From positions 49,600,001 through 49,664,000 of the forward strand of contig OX597817.1 in NCBI GenBank assembly GCA_951406725.2: a stretch of DNA of 64,000 nucleotides, read 5' to 3'. Below are positions 41,206 to 54,761 of this stretch, piece by piece (position 1 is the stretch's first letter; each line of letters begins with the position of its first letter). This DNA comes from Octopus vulgaris (taxonomy: Eukaryota). The translations under genes and the position numbers were made by a program. The notes beneath the pieces are model-generated. The model was not told the DNA's origin. It did not search any database and saw only the letters and a list, made by a program, of their open reading frames with translations.

Positions 41206-41585
41206 AACAAGTGCACTGAGAGAGTGCATACCTCCGCCAAGGCAACACCAATGTCCTCTCAACGATTAGGCCAGAGATGATTTTGAAAATGAGAATATCT
41301 GAAATAAACTCGATTGCTCTCACAAACGAGAATACTTAAAATGAACCCAACCGCTCTCAAAAATTAAGTAAAAAAAAAAAATGGAAAAATAATCCAGAAT
41401 CCTTGTCCGATACCTGATCGATCCCAAAATGTAATCTGTTTGTTCCAGTCATGAGGCCAAACATCCCTGAAAGTTTCATCCGAATCCATCCAGTGGTTCT
41501 TGAGATATCTTGTCCATGGACAAACAAACAAACAGCTTTTTATTCTTTTTTTATACCTCGGCCTTTATTAAGGCAGAGGTAATAA
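41206..41585 (+). mobile_element. Helentron-associated non-autonomous element (HINE/DINE-1-like)
   Basis: Subterminal tacctccgcc, (ACAA)n microsatellite, 3' hairpin acctcggcctttattaaggcagaggt. Confidence 0.6.
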
Positions 41586-42374
41586 TCCAGAATCCATGTT
41601 CGGTACTGGATCGATCCCAAAATCTAATCAGTCCTAGGGTCGATTTCTTCAACTAAAACCCTCTAAGGCAGTGCTCCAGCATGGCCACAGTTCTAATGAC
41701 CGAAGCAAGTAACAGATAACAGATTTCTAGTTTATTTCATTTATTTATTTATTTATTTCTCATTTACTTATTTCACAGAACTTTACTACCAGACACATTT
41801 CTGGTGCCACCCTTGTTATTATAGACAAAAAAAAATCTAAGGTTCCATTTCTGACATTTCATAATATATAACATACAGCCAGTTTACTCTTTTAAACTAA
41901 TAAAACTAAGATTATTTACTTATAAGCTCTATTTAAATATTAACTGTAATTTGTTTAACTTACTGCATACTTAAATGTACCCATTAAATAAGAATCCCCC
42001 CTCAGCATAAACTATATATAACAACAAATCTATGACAGAAAATCTTTGTAAAATAATTAAATAAACCCAACTAAGGATTTTAATTATTGTTTGCTTTACA
42101 ATATATAAGGAGACAGTCAGGAATTGTCACTGTATGCTTGCAAAGGACAGTGGTAAAGAAATTTGATACACTTCCAAAGTTCTGCATAGATGAAAAATAA
42201 AAACCAAAAATGGAGGGGATGTTTAGTATTTGCATATGTTTTGGTGCATATGAACAGAAAATTAATAGGTTAATGGAACATAGATTTCTTAGAAGTCACA
42301 GTTGTACTTGGAAGAAAAATAATAAAACTTTAGGAGAAAAGTTCGTGACAAACTGTATGAGTTACTGATAGGAT

Positions 42375-42383
42375 GTATGTATG

Positions 42384-42422
<39 letters not shown>

Positions 42423-42561
42423 ATGTGTGTATGTATGTATGTGCGTATGTATGTATGTGATATGTGCATATACTTGCTTGACTGTTATACTTATATATAT
42501 GTTTGTATGTATGTGTGGGCACGTGTGTGTGTGTATTTAGATATGGATATAAATATATGTA

Positions 42562-42610
<49 letters not shown>

Positions 42611-42815
42611 ATATATGTATGTATGTGTGTGTGTGTGTATGTATGCATGCATGTATGTATATATATATTTAGATATGAATATAAAAATATATATTTATAT
42701 ATATGTATGTATATGTGTGTATGTATGTATGTATGTATGTATGTATGTATGTGTGTATGTATGTGTGGGCACGTGTGTGTGTGTATTTAGATATGGATAT
42801 AAATATATGTAATAT

Positions 42816-42848
<33 letters not shown>

Positions 42849-43010
42849 TTGTGTGTATGTATTCATGCATGTATGTATGTATATATATATTTAGATATGG
42901 ATATAAAAATATATATTTATATATATGTATGTATATGTGTGTATGGATGTATGTATGTATATGTATATATATTTAGATATGGATATAAATATATGTAATA
43001 TAATACATAT
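42375..43010. repeat. Compound microsatellite with higher-order repeat
   Basis: tttagatatg(g/a)atataaa recurs at ~42536, 42668, 42786, 42890, 42972. Confidence 0.8.
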
Positions 43011-44953
43011 ATGTATATATATGTGTGTGGGTATATCTATACACACACAAACACACACATACAAATACCTATTCTTTTCCCCTTTACCTTGTACTAGTTT
43101 CTGTCAATGGACTGCAGCCTTGAAGAGATTAGACAAAAATATCGACCCCCACAACTTATTTATTGTTTTAAGCTTACTCGTTCTGTTGGTCTCTTTTGTC
43201 AATCTGCTAAATTACAACACACAAACAACCAGCACCAGTTGTCAAGCATTGATTGGCGCTAAACACTAACATGAAACTCACATGCACACACACACACATC
43301 TATACAGGATTGTCCTCTACTGGCGCCAGTGCAGCATGAGATGCACATGTACCAGAGCTGCATGTACGCACCCATGTCAGGGGCATGTCAAATGCTTCCA
43401 GTACACTTTGTAAAGTGGTCGACCTTAGGAAAGGCATACATCTGTAGAAGCCATGCCGCAATGGACAACTGGAGTCTGGACAGCTCCTCGGCTGGCCGGC
43501 TCTTGTTAAACCATCCAACCCATGCCAGCATGGAAAGAAGATGTTAAATGACGCTGACAATGATGATGATGATGATGATATATATATATATATCATCATC
43601 ATCGTTTAACGTCCGTTCTCCATGCTAGCATGGGTTGGATGGTTCGACCGGGGATCTGGGAAGCCAGAAGGCTGCACCAGGCTCCGGTCTTATCTGGCAA
43701 TGTTTCTACAGCTGGATGCCCTTCCTAACGCCAACCACTCCGTGAGTGTAGTTATATATATATATATATATATATAGATGGGAACTGAAAATAGTCTGTT
43801 ATACATATGTGTGTGTATGAATGCGTGTTCTTATCTGTGTGTGTGTGTTTTTGTGTCTGTGTTAGTCTTCCCATAACTGCTTGACAACTGATGTTGGTGT
43901 GATTATGTCCCCATAACTTAGCAGACACCAATAGAATAAGTACTAGGCTTCGAAAATATGTCTTGGTGTCTATTTGTTTGACCAAGACCCCTTCAAGGTG
44001 TTGCTCCATCATGGCCACAGCCAAATGACTGAAACAAGTAAAAGATAAAAGGTAAAGATATATTTATTGTGGGAAGACTGTCAAGGGCCACCAGAAGGAA
44101 TCTTGAGGGCTGCGGTTGAGAAATGCTGATCTAGGGGCTCTAGGATGATAAACCCCTTCACCCTAATTCCAACTGCTAGGGCATTACTCAAAGAAACTGA
44201 TTCATAAGTCATAAAGTAAGGGTCCCCTCTATGTTTAGCCCCTTGTGGGCAGTAAAGAAATAAGAAACTGAAAGAAGCTTGTTGCTTCTTTGTGTGTGTG
44301 TGGAAGGTGTTTGCGAGCTGGCAGAAACATTAGCACGCCGGGCGATATGCTTAGCGGTATTTCGTCTGCTGTTACGTTGTGAGTTCAAATTCCGCTGAAG
44401 TCAACTTTGCCTTTCATCCTATCGAGGTCGATAAAATAAGTACCAGTTATGCACTGGGGTTGATGTAATTGACTTAATACTTATGTCTGTCCTTGTTTGT
44501 CCCCTCTATGTTTAGCTCCTTGTGGGCAATAAAGAAATAGGTTAGGCTGTTGAATTTATGATCACTAGATCATGGGTTCAATTGCCAGACTGGGTGGTGC
44601 TTTCTGTTCTTGTACAAAACACTTTATTTCACATTGCTCTTGATCAGGGGCACTGTTGGCCTGCTCACCTAGCCAGTGGGCTAAAACATTGCAAAGTGCA
44701 TTGGTGTCCAGTGATGTGTGACAACATCTGATAGTCTGGTTGGACATGTGATCATGTGATGTGTGTGTATGTATGTGCATGAGTGTATGTATACATCTAT
44801 GTGTTTGTTTGTTTGTCCTACACCATGCTTGACAACTGGTGTTGGTTTTCACAAGATAGTAGTAACACTTCTTAAATAGAAGTTTTATCAATAAACACAG
44901 AGTTGGTCCACATTTGGCCCAAATCACAGGCTTGAGAAATTTATTTGTACAGG

Positions 44954-45748
44954 TTACTCTTTTACTCTTTCACTTGTTTCAGTCATTTGACTGCGGCCAT
45001 GCTAGAGCACCACCTTTAGTCGAGCAAATTGACCCCAGGACTTATTCTTTGTAAGCCTAGTACTTATTCTATCAGTCTCTATAAGTTACGGGGACGTAAA
45101 CACACCAGCATTGGTTGTCAAGTGATGTTGAGGGGACAAACACAGACACACAAACACAGGTGCAGAAGTGGCTGTGTGGTAAGTAGCTTGCTAACCAACC
45201 ACATGGTTCCGGGTTCAGTCTCACTGCGTGGCACCTTGGGCAAGTGTCTTCTACGATAGCCTCGAGCCGACCAAAGCCTTGTGAGTGGATTTGGTAGACG
45301 GAAACTGAAAGAATCCCGTCATATATATGTATATATATATATGTGTGAGTGTATGTTTGTGTGTCAGTGTTTATCCCCCTAGCATTGCTTGACAACCGAT
45401 GCTGGTATGTTTACATCCCCGTCACTTAGCGGTTTGGCTAAAGAGACCGATAGAATAAGTACTAGGCTTATAAAGAATAAGTCCTGGGGTCGATTTGCTC
45501 AACTAAAGGCGGTGCTCCAGCATGGCCACAGTCAAATGACTGAAACAAGTAAGTAAAAGTACACATATATACATATACATATATACGACGGGCTTCTTTC
45601 AGTTTCCGTCTACGAAATCCACTCACAAACCTTTGATCGGCCCGAGGCTATAGTAGAAGACACTTACCCAAGGTGCCATGCAGTGGGACTGAACCCGGAA
45701 CCATGTGGTTGGTAAGCAAGCTGCTTACCACACAGCCACTCCTGCGCC
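44954..45748. mobile_element. Family A SINE (+, 45158-45560) nested in the central microsatellite of another family A SINE (-)
   Basis: Minus copy tail half 44954-45156 and head half 45561-45748 surround a full plus copy. Confidence 0.85.
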
Positions 45749-45829
45749 TTAAAATGTAAAGACAGACAAAATACCGCTAAGTATTTCTCCCAGCATACTA
45801 ACGTTTCTGCCAGCTTGCCGTTCAGGTTC

Positions 45830-46290
45830 AGAACGATTGTTAGAGAAAGTTTGAGCCATTCTTCAGGTAAAACCTGCTTTAGCTCTTTCAGCTATGATGA
45901 TGAAAGGAAGCTGCCCTGTGCTGCTCCAAAATGTATCACAAATATTCAATTATACTGAGATCTGGTGATTGTGGAGGCAAATCCAAGTGGCCTGCTTCCC
46001 CTTTCTGTTCTTTAAACCTATTTTGAATAACTTTAACAATGTGAATTGGTATATTATTATCCTGGAAGATCATGCTACCATCAAGGAACAATGTTTGTAT
46101 ATGTAGGGTGGGCATGAGCCATTAAAATACTCAGATAATCTTTGGTGTTAAAACTCTGCCATGTGGAACCAAGAAAATTCTATGATTTGGTTGTTCATAT
46201 CATCACAGAGCCACCTTTATGCTTCATAGTAAGAACCAAATTGTCAGGGTCTCTACCTTCTCTTCTCTATCATGGTTGGGGCCTTGAACA
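45830..46290 (-). pseudogene. Tc1-superfamily transposase remnant with DD36E-like spacing
   Basis: TMKHKGGSVMI*, IFQDNNIPIH...LDLPPQSPDLSIIEYL*. Confidence 0.75.
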
Positions 46291-47589
46291 AAGCTACCAT
46301 TTTCACTGTAAAATGTTAGGTATTAAGAAATGCTTCCAGCTGTAAAAACTCTACCAAAACAGAGACACTGGAATAAAATTTGTTCCTCCCACCTGCTGAA
46401 TCCTGGTTAACCATCCAATCTATGCCAGCATGGAAAACAGATTTGAAATAATGATGAGGATATATATGTATACATACATACTTATACACACATCATCATC
46501 ATCATTTAACATCTATGTTTCATATTGGCATGGGTTGTAGAGTTTGACAGGAGCCAATGAGTTTAAGGACTGATGAGGCTCCAATATTCGTTTTGGCATG
46601 ATTTCTATGGCTGGATGCCCTTCATAATGACAATCACTTTACAGCATCTACTGGGTGCATTTTTTTTTATGCCATCAGTACTAGTGAGGTTGCTATGCAG
46701 CTCAGAAGACTCCAAACCCAGGGATGGGTATGCTTTATGCTAGGAAATGTACATTAAAGTATGAGAGACGAGGGAGAGCAGAGGATATTTCTCCTCATCC
46801 AAATTCAGGCAAGGGTGTGCATTGGGTACAATTTTTGCGGACCCACACCCCTTAGCTGTAGCAACCATAGAAAGTTTTATATGTTTAGCAAGATGAAGGG
46901 TCTTCTTAACTCTCTACTCAACAGAGTGTATTGAGTGCATTTTATGATAGGACCAGCACTGGAGTGGATAAGAGACCTTTCTCCTGTAGGCACAAGGCCT
47001 GAAATTTGGGGGAGGGTATTAGCTGATTATATTGACCCCAGTGTTTCACTGGTACTTAATTTATCGACTCCGAAAGGATGAAAGCCAAAGTCGACCTCGG
47101 CAGAATTTGGAAGGGATAAGAGTGAGAGAAGAAAGGATAACAAGAGGTGAATGAATGTTATGAGATAATGATTGGCGATGACCTGTGGGGAGTATAAGTT
47201 GAGGGTAAGAAGTAAAAGCAGGACTGATACGGTTCCAGTGCAGGAACTATATGGACTGATATGGTTCCAGGCTGTGTGGTAAGTAGCTTGCTTACCAACC
47301 ACATGGTCCTGGATTCAGTTCCACTCCATAGCACCTTGGGTAAGCGTCTTCTACTATAGCCTCAGGCTTTGAGTGTCTGTGTTTTTCTCCCCCAACATCG
47401 CTTGACAACCAATGCTGGTGTGTTTACATCCCCGTAACTTAGCGGTTCGGCGAAAGAGACCAATAGAGTAAGTACTAGGTTTACAAAGAATAAGCTCTGG
47501 GGTTGATTTGTTCGACTAAATGTGGTGATCCAGCATGGTCACAGTCAAATGACTGAAACAAGTAAAAGAGAATGAAGAGTATAGATATA

Positions 47590-47712
47590 TATATGAAAGA
47601 AGGTTTGAAAATGCAGTTTTTAAAGATTGTAAATCTTTTTCTAAAAAAGTGAAACCGGTCAAGTGAATAAAAACTCTTTTAAAATTGCCTTTTCAAACCT
47701 TCTTTCATATAT
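47590..47712. repeat. Fold-back element with truncated hammerhead 3' half
   Basis: atatatgaaagaaggtttgaaaa / ttttcaaaccttctttcatatat; internal GAAACCGGTCaagtgaat; same family as 13155-13241. Confidence 0.7.
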
Positions 47713-47751
47713 ATTTCCACTCGTGCGGTACCTTACAACTTCACTTTGTTT

Positions 47752-47812
<61 letters not shown>

Positions 47813-47979
47813 GTGTATGTATATATATATGTATATATTTATATATGTATATATATGTATGTATATATATATGTATATATATGTATATATATATATTTAC
47901 ACGTGTGTGTGTGTGTATGTATGTATGTGAGTGCCTGTGTAAACACACACACGTATGTGTGTGTATAAAGACCAGCATA

Positions 47980-50183
47980 GCAGCGATACTCAATTGATGT
48001 TGCGAAAGCGAAAACTTCAGAATTCATCTCTGATATTCCAATATGCAACATGCATTTAAGTGAATTTCGCTAAATGAGCAGAGCCCAGAATATTTAGTTT
48101 ACAACAAAGGTTAATTGTTTGAGAATGTGTCACGTTAAAATAATTCGCAACAACCAGCAACATAGGTACATTTTTGAGACATTACGAAATCCATGTCACG
48201 TTACTTCAAACATGTACGCGCGAATCCTCAGAAAAACCCGTTTTGTCTTTAATGAGGTGATATACGAATAAACGTTCCACGTCAAAAGGTATGACGAAAT
48301 ATGAACCACAAGAAACAGGTGTGGCTTGAGAAGGTGCTAGAAATAGTAACGTCAAAGCTAAACGCTTGCAGTATTTATTTTGAAATAACACCTGTGTGAA
48401 TTCGCTATTGTTCTGACAAAGGTTTTCTTTCCTATCTCCTGTTTTTTTTTTCTTCTGCTACTGTTTCTGGTCGTGATATAATAATAAAATACCAGAAAAA
48501 TAAAAAAAAGATTTCATCTCAAAGCTGGTAGGTGCTAATTAAAACAACAATCAGGAATCGATTTTAAGAATATTCTTCAGTGGTCGTGAAGAAACTTTCA
48601 TGGCTTTGTCATATTATGGTTATATAACCGATATTCCGTCTTTTATTTACGTCTTCTCTTTGGGTGTTTTGTCTTGCAATAAGGAATCCTTCTGATTTCA
48701 TGATTAGATGTTAAAATATTATTATTGTTATTTCTTAAGTCATCTGTGCGACATGCCATGTGACCAAACCCGACCAATGGCCATCGCCTCTCAAGCGCAC
48801 ACCCCGAGAAATCTGACTTCATAACAACTACTTTAAAACTACTACTACTGTGTGTGTATGTATGTGTATACATGTATATGTATGCATGTAGTTATATATA
48901 TGCGCGTGTGCATAGATTATACACACACACACATATATGTGTATATGTAATAGTTGACATCTTTTGTTTACGTATTTCTGTGGGAAAAATAAAACCCCTC
49001 TTTTTTTTTTCTGCTTCATATATTAAAACATTGCGAATGTTGTCCTATATTAATGTTTACTGTTTTCTGGCATTACACACACATATATTCATTCATTCAT
49101 ATATATGTACATATCTATATATGTGTTTGTGTGTGTATGTATGTATGTGCACATACGTGTTGACGCGAGTTGTTTACGTTAGAAATTCTTTAAAAAAAAA
49201 TCACCCATCTTATTAAATTTTGCGATTGTTGCCCTAAATAATTGTTCATAGATTTCATCTCCCACACTCGCATATATATACATATATACATATACATACG
49301 TATATATATTTATATATATATATAATGAGCTAGACTTTTGAATTCTGTTATTCTGTGTTCTGGAGAGAAATATATATACATTATATCTAATCTAATACTT
49401 TGTGATTATCTTCATTTACAAATATGTATATCACCTTTCTGCCTTCTCTTTTAATCTGCCACCAAACCAATTAATCTAGTTAACCATTACCTCAATTGTC
49501 CATCTACCCATTTCTTACACACACACACACACACACACACATATTTATATGTATGTATCTAACGGATTGTGTCGAATCAAGGGGTATTCACTGCTGGCAG
49601 GAATCAATTCAATGAACATATATATATATGTGTGTGTGTGTGTATTTTTCTTCTTCCTCAGATGAAGGGTATTGCGTGAAACCTCGTTAAAATTTTTTTT
49701 TTCTCATGATACATAAACAAACTCCATTATATATATATATATATATATATTTGTCGCCTCGATTGGAAACTATATACACGTATTCTCATGTTTGTTTATC
49801 TATCTCGTTACCTGTCTTGTCAGTCCATTATTTCGACTTGTTTGTCGGTGAATGTGAAGGAATGGACAAGTACCTGTTGCAGTAACCCATTAAAAAACGA
49901 AAAACAAAAAAAACACACCAAGGTTGTTGACTGCTATTAGCTTGCAGCGCGCACTTGCTTTTACCCCTCGCTGCGTCTTCCTCCTTCTCTCCTCTCTCCG
50001 CAACTCTCTCTCGCTCGCTCTCTCTCTCCCCTTCCTCTTACTCCCTCACTAGATCTACACGGTCAATTCGAAGTACATAAACAGTTTCCACTGCCACTAC
50101 TACTACTACTATTACTGCTATTACTGCTACACATTAGGCTCTCTCAGCTCTGTTGCAGCAGCTGGTGTTAGAAGCATATACGT

Positions 50184-50232
<49 letters not shown>

Positions 50233-50326
50233 TCTGTGAAACCACTACTGCTACCACCACCACCACCACCAGCTTTGCTGTGGTTTTGGTTGTTCAGATT
50301 CGTCTCCACAGACAAGAGCCAGCATC
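47980..50326. promoter_or_regulatory. TE-depleted, CpG-retaining putative promoter/5'UTR region
   Basis: No SINE copies seen; visibly more CG dinucleotides; CT-rich tract 49960-50050; lies immediately upstream of the candidate first coding exon. Confidence 0.5.
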
Positions 50327-50445
50327 ATGGATACCTTCAGTGGTGACAGTTCTTTCCGCGAAATGCAAGATTCTGGAATAGATGACATATGGGAGATTCT
50401 TCAGGATGATTTTTATGAATTAAAAAGTAAAGTTGTTGTCGGAAG
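50327..50445 (+). CDS. Candidate first coding exon of an unidentified host gene (MDTFSGDSSFREMQDSGIDDIWEILQDDFYELKSKVVVG-, phase-2 intron follows)
   Basis: Kozak context atcATGG, 39 open codons of non-repetitive sequence, strong donor AG|GTAAGA at 50446. Confidence 0.65.
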
Positions 50446-50550
50446 GTAAGACTGTTTGTTATTTTTTCTTTTATTTCTCTCATTCATTTCTCAATACGAA
50501 GAACCTATTTTCTTTTATCTCCCACACTACATATTTAATGTATGAATAAG

Positions 50551-50583
<33 letters not shown>

Positions 50584-50612
50584 TATACAAATAATGTGTG
50601 TATATATGAGTG

Positions 50613-50646
<34 letters not shown>

Positions 50647-52031
50647 TGATTATATGTATGAGTGTATATATGAATGATTATATATATTTTATGTATACAT
50701 GATGTGTATATATATATAAATGAATATACATGTATATATAAGTATATATGTATATAATATCTTTCATATATATGTGTGTATTTATGAGTGAATATATATA
50801 ATTATATATACATAATGTGTATATATATGTATATATTATATCTATATGAACAACTGACTGATTTATATGTATTTGTATATGTATATTATGCGATTACATT
50901 GTATGTATGTATATATATATTATAGATATGTATATATTATATTTATGTACATAGGTGTGAGCTGACTCTCACATAAGCAAATTAGTCCTTACTAAAACAT
51001 TATGATCTTTCTATGAATCAGTTGGTCTAATAAAACGGTTAATTTATTTTGGTAGCCTTCACCTTCTTAGTGATTCCGTAGTCAAACAGAATCATCTGTA
51101 AGGATGATCGAAAAATTTATTTGTTTTAATAGAACGCAATAAAGGATCGTTGGAATTGATACTACAAAGATCGAGCGAATAGTGTCATCGATTTAGTTTG
51201 GTACGGAATTCTCTACAAATGATTATAGCGGTGGCGGAGCGGAGCGAAAGAGCTTTTTATTGTTAGTTATCCATTCCGTCACACTTATTGTTTACGATGA
51301 TCAGTTTCAATCGTAAATTATATTTAGAAAAAAATAAAGTACAAAAACATCAGAAGCAAGCCAAGTGTCGGAATTTGTTTGAAATAATAACGATAATTTC
51401 TTTTAAAAAAATCATTCGATAATTCCTCTAACCATCTGTTTTCCCTCTATTGTTTAAACCTCGATATTGGAAAATCATTCCTATGTTCTTCATATATTCC
51501 GACGTATACCAGCAAATCCTAGTTTCTCCCCGATTTATGAATACATATATAACTATATCTGATGTTGTTTTTCAATATTTATTTCTAATATGTAATATAT
51601 GTGTTTTTCTTTTCCATTCTAGTCCGTATTATTATTATATTACATACTGCCTATCAATAATATATTATTTCCAACCAGCAGGTATTACGTCACTTCCCCG
51701 CTACAAAACTGCTGTCTCTTTTCGCACTGACATTTCCCATTCTTAACACCACACAGATTTCAGTAATGATAAATAATAACGACCACGATTATTATTATTA
51801 TTATTATAGTTGTTTATTATTTTTATTCGATATTCTCTTATTCTTTTACACTTTCTTTTTAGTCATTTGACTGCGGCCATGCTGGAGCACCGCCTTAATT
51901 ATGTTTTTCACTTGGGTTGTCAAGGTGTAAATCATTGCTTATACTCGTGTGTGTTTGTGAGTGTGTGTAGGCGTATGTGTGTGTATATACTCATATATAT
52001 ATAAGTAAAACAAAGGATAATTCATTCATCC

Positions 52032-52072
<41 letters not shown>

Positions 52073-52171
52073 TGTAAGTGTATTCTTCACATAAACAAGT
52101 TCGATGGCTTTGATATACTCCGTTAATTTTATGTATTTCTCCCTTCTCCCTTCTCTTTCTCTCTCTCTCTC

Positions 52172-52217
<46 letters not shown>

Positions 52218-53631
52218 ATCTTGACGGAGATCTCCGCCTATATCTTGGATCTAAACATCTATGTTGCCCTGATAAATCTGAAATAGAGAATAAAATGCTT
52301 CTCCTCCTCATTCCTCCAACACTCTCCAGATATTGTCTTTCATTCTTCCAGTCAACTGCTAAGCCTTTCACACCCACTGAATTATTACCGATTCCAAAAT
52401 TTCTCCACCCTCAGAAAAAAAAAATTCCTTCTGTCATTCAATTATTTTCTTTCAGATTTTTACCGTCTTACCCTAATCACCAAAGCAACAATCTCTATCA
52501 AAACAAGCAATCTTCCCACTTCCTAATAAACCTCTTTATTTATCCCCATTTAAAAAATGGATTGATTTAAATTAAGAATTAGTAATTGATAATCGTGTGC
52601 CACCAGAACTACCAATGTACATTGCACGAGCAGCAGTGAGTTTATTAAACTACTAGAATATGTGAATGACGTTATGGAAGGTTTTACGGGCACACATACA
52701 CATTCATGTGAATCTGGCTGCAAATTATAGGAAACGAATCGATTGGTTATCGATACGATTGTGTTGAAGGTGGAAAATACTGCTTTATTAAATCGAATCT
52801 CTTCGTCTCATTCTATTGTTATCCATGTAACATATTTAACCTCTTACTCTAGCAATTAACGAACAATTACCATTTTTATATATTATATAGCCGTTTCCGC
52901 CCCTGCTTTCGTTAGTGCTTGGCACAGGAAGTTGGATGGTCATTGCTATGACATTTCCACTGTAGTTACCAAGTGTACGTGTGTGTGTACACGTATGTGT
53001 GTGTGTGTGTGAAAGAGGGAGAGAGAGAAAGAGATAGTGTGAGCGTGTGTGTGAAAAGATAGAAAGAACGTGTGAGAGATTGTCTTGGAGATTAATTCAG
53101 AATCACTGATTTGTCTTAGCAACCGAAGATTTGCTTAAATAAATCCTGGCTATGTATTATCCTTAGTAAAGCGGTGATCCGGTAGAATAGTTAGAGCGTC
53201 GGAAAAATGCTTTGTGGTATTTATTCCGAATCCTTATACTCTGATTTCAAATTCCGCTGAGGTCAACTTTTCCTTTTATCTTTTCAGAGTCGATAAAACA
53301 AGACATATTAGGTTCGAGTCTCACGCGTTCTTATTATCCATTTTTTTCCCATCGGAGATTTCTGTACTCTAATATTAGACTATTTTCTATTGTCTATTTA
53401 CGGTGAAAGCATAATTATATTCACAAAAGTAGATTCAAGAAGTACCAGTCGAGTGCTGGGGTTGATGTTATCGCCTTTCCTCTTTTCTAAAATTGCCGGC
53501 CTTTACCGAAATGTTAAAGAATTATTATCAATATTACTAGAGTGTTACACGTCGTATGAGATAATAATTATGATTTAACTCTTTTGAAATTATTTGTTTC
53601 TAATTTTCAAAATAAGAACATTTATATCATA

Positions 53632-54761
53632 CTGTCATCTTCTCCCTCTCCTCTTCCTCTGTCTCTGTGATTCTTTCCTGCACGCTATGTTCCTTTACTC
53701 ATTGCTTGCCATTAAGCCTAGTATGTGCAGATATGCTGCTCCTTTTAACATTTACCATACTGTCATCTACTCCCGCTTCCTCTGTCTCTGTGATTCTTTC
53801 CCTCGCAATATGTTCCTTTACTCATTGCCTGCCATTAAGCCTAGTATGTGCAGATATGCTGCTCCTTTTAACATTTACCATACTGTTATCTACTCCCTCT
53901 CCTCTTCCTCTGTCTCTGTGATTCTTTCCCTCGCACTCTGTTCCTTTACTCATTGCCTGCCATTAAGCCTAGTATGTGCAGTTATTTCTGCTCCTTTTAA
54001 CATTTACCATACTGTCATCTACACCCTCTCCTCTTCCTCTGTCTCTGTGATTCTTTCCTTCGCACTATGTTCCTTTACTCATTGCCTGCCATTAAGCCTA
54101 GTATGTGCGGTTATGCTGCTCCTTTTAACATTTACCATACTGTCATCTACTCCCTCTCCTCTTCCTCTGTCTCTGTGATTCTTTCCCTCACACTATGTTC
54201 CTTTACTCATTGCCTGCCATTAAGCCTAGTATGTGCAGTTATGCTGCTCCTTTTAACATTTACCATACTGTCATCTACTCCCTCTCCTCTTCCTCTGTCT
54301 CTGTGATTCTTTCCCTCACACTATGTTCCTTTACTCATTGCCTGCCAATAAGCCTAGTATGTGCAGTTATTTCTGCTCCTTTTAACATTTACCATACTGT
54401 CATCTACTCCCACTCCTCTTCTTCTGTCTCTGTGATTCTTTCCCTCGCACTATGTTCCTTTACTCATTGCCTGCCATTAAGCCTAGTATGTACAGTTATG
54501 CTGCTCCTTTTAACATTTACCATACTGTCATCTACTCCCGCTTCCTCTGTCTCTGTGATTCTTTCCCTCGCAATATGTTCCTTTACTCATTGCCTGCCAT
54601 TAAGCCTAGTATGTGCAGATATGCTGCTCCTTTTAACATTTACCATACTGTCATCTCCCTCTCCTCTTCCTCTGTCTCTGTGATGCTTTCCCTCGCACAA
54701 TGTTCCTTCACTCATTGCCTGCCATGAAGCCTAGTATGTGCAGTTATGCTGGTCCTTTTAA
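53632..54761 (+). repeat. ~128-bp minisatellite, ~8.9 copies
   Basis: Unit starts at ~53632, 53760, 53883, 54012, 54140, 54268, 54397, 54525, 54648. Confidence 0.95.

Noticed and set aside
49655-49695. cagatgaaggg...gaaacctcgtta as a hammerhead
   Set aside because: Core mismatch, and stems I and II do not pair convincingly.
53594-54727. Repeated ORFs or CRISPR-like array
   Set aside because: Contiguous 123-129-bp units without unique spacers; frame shifts between units; eukaryotic context and no cas genes.
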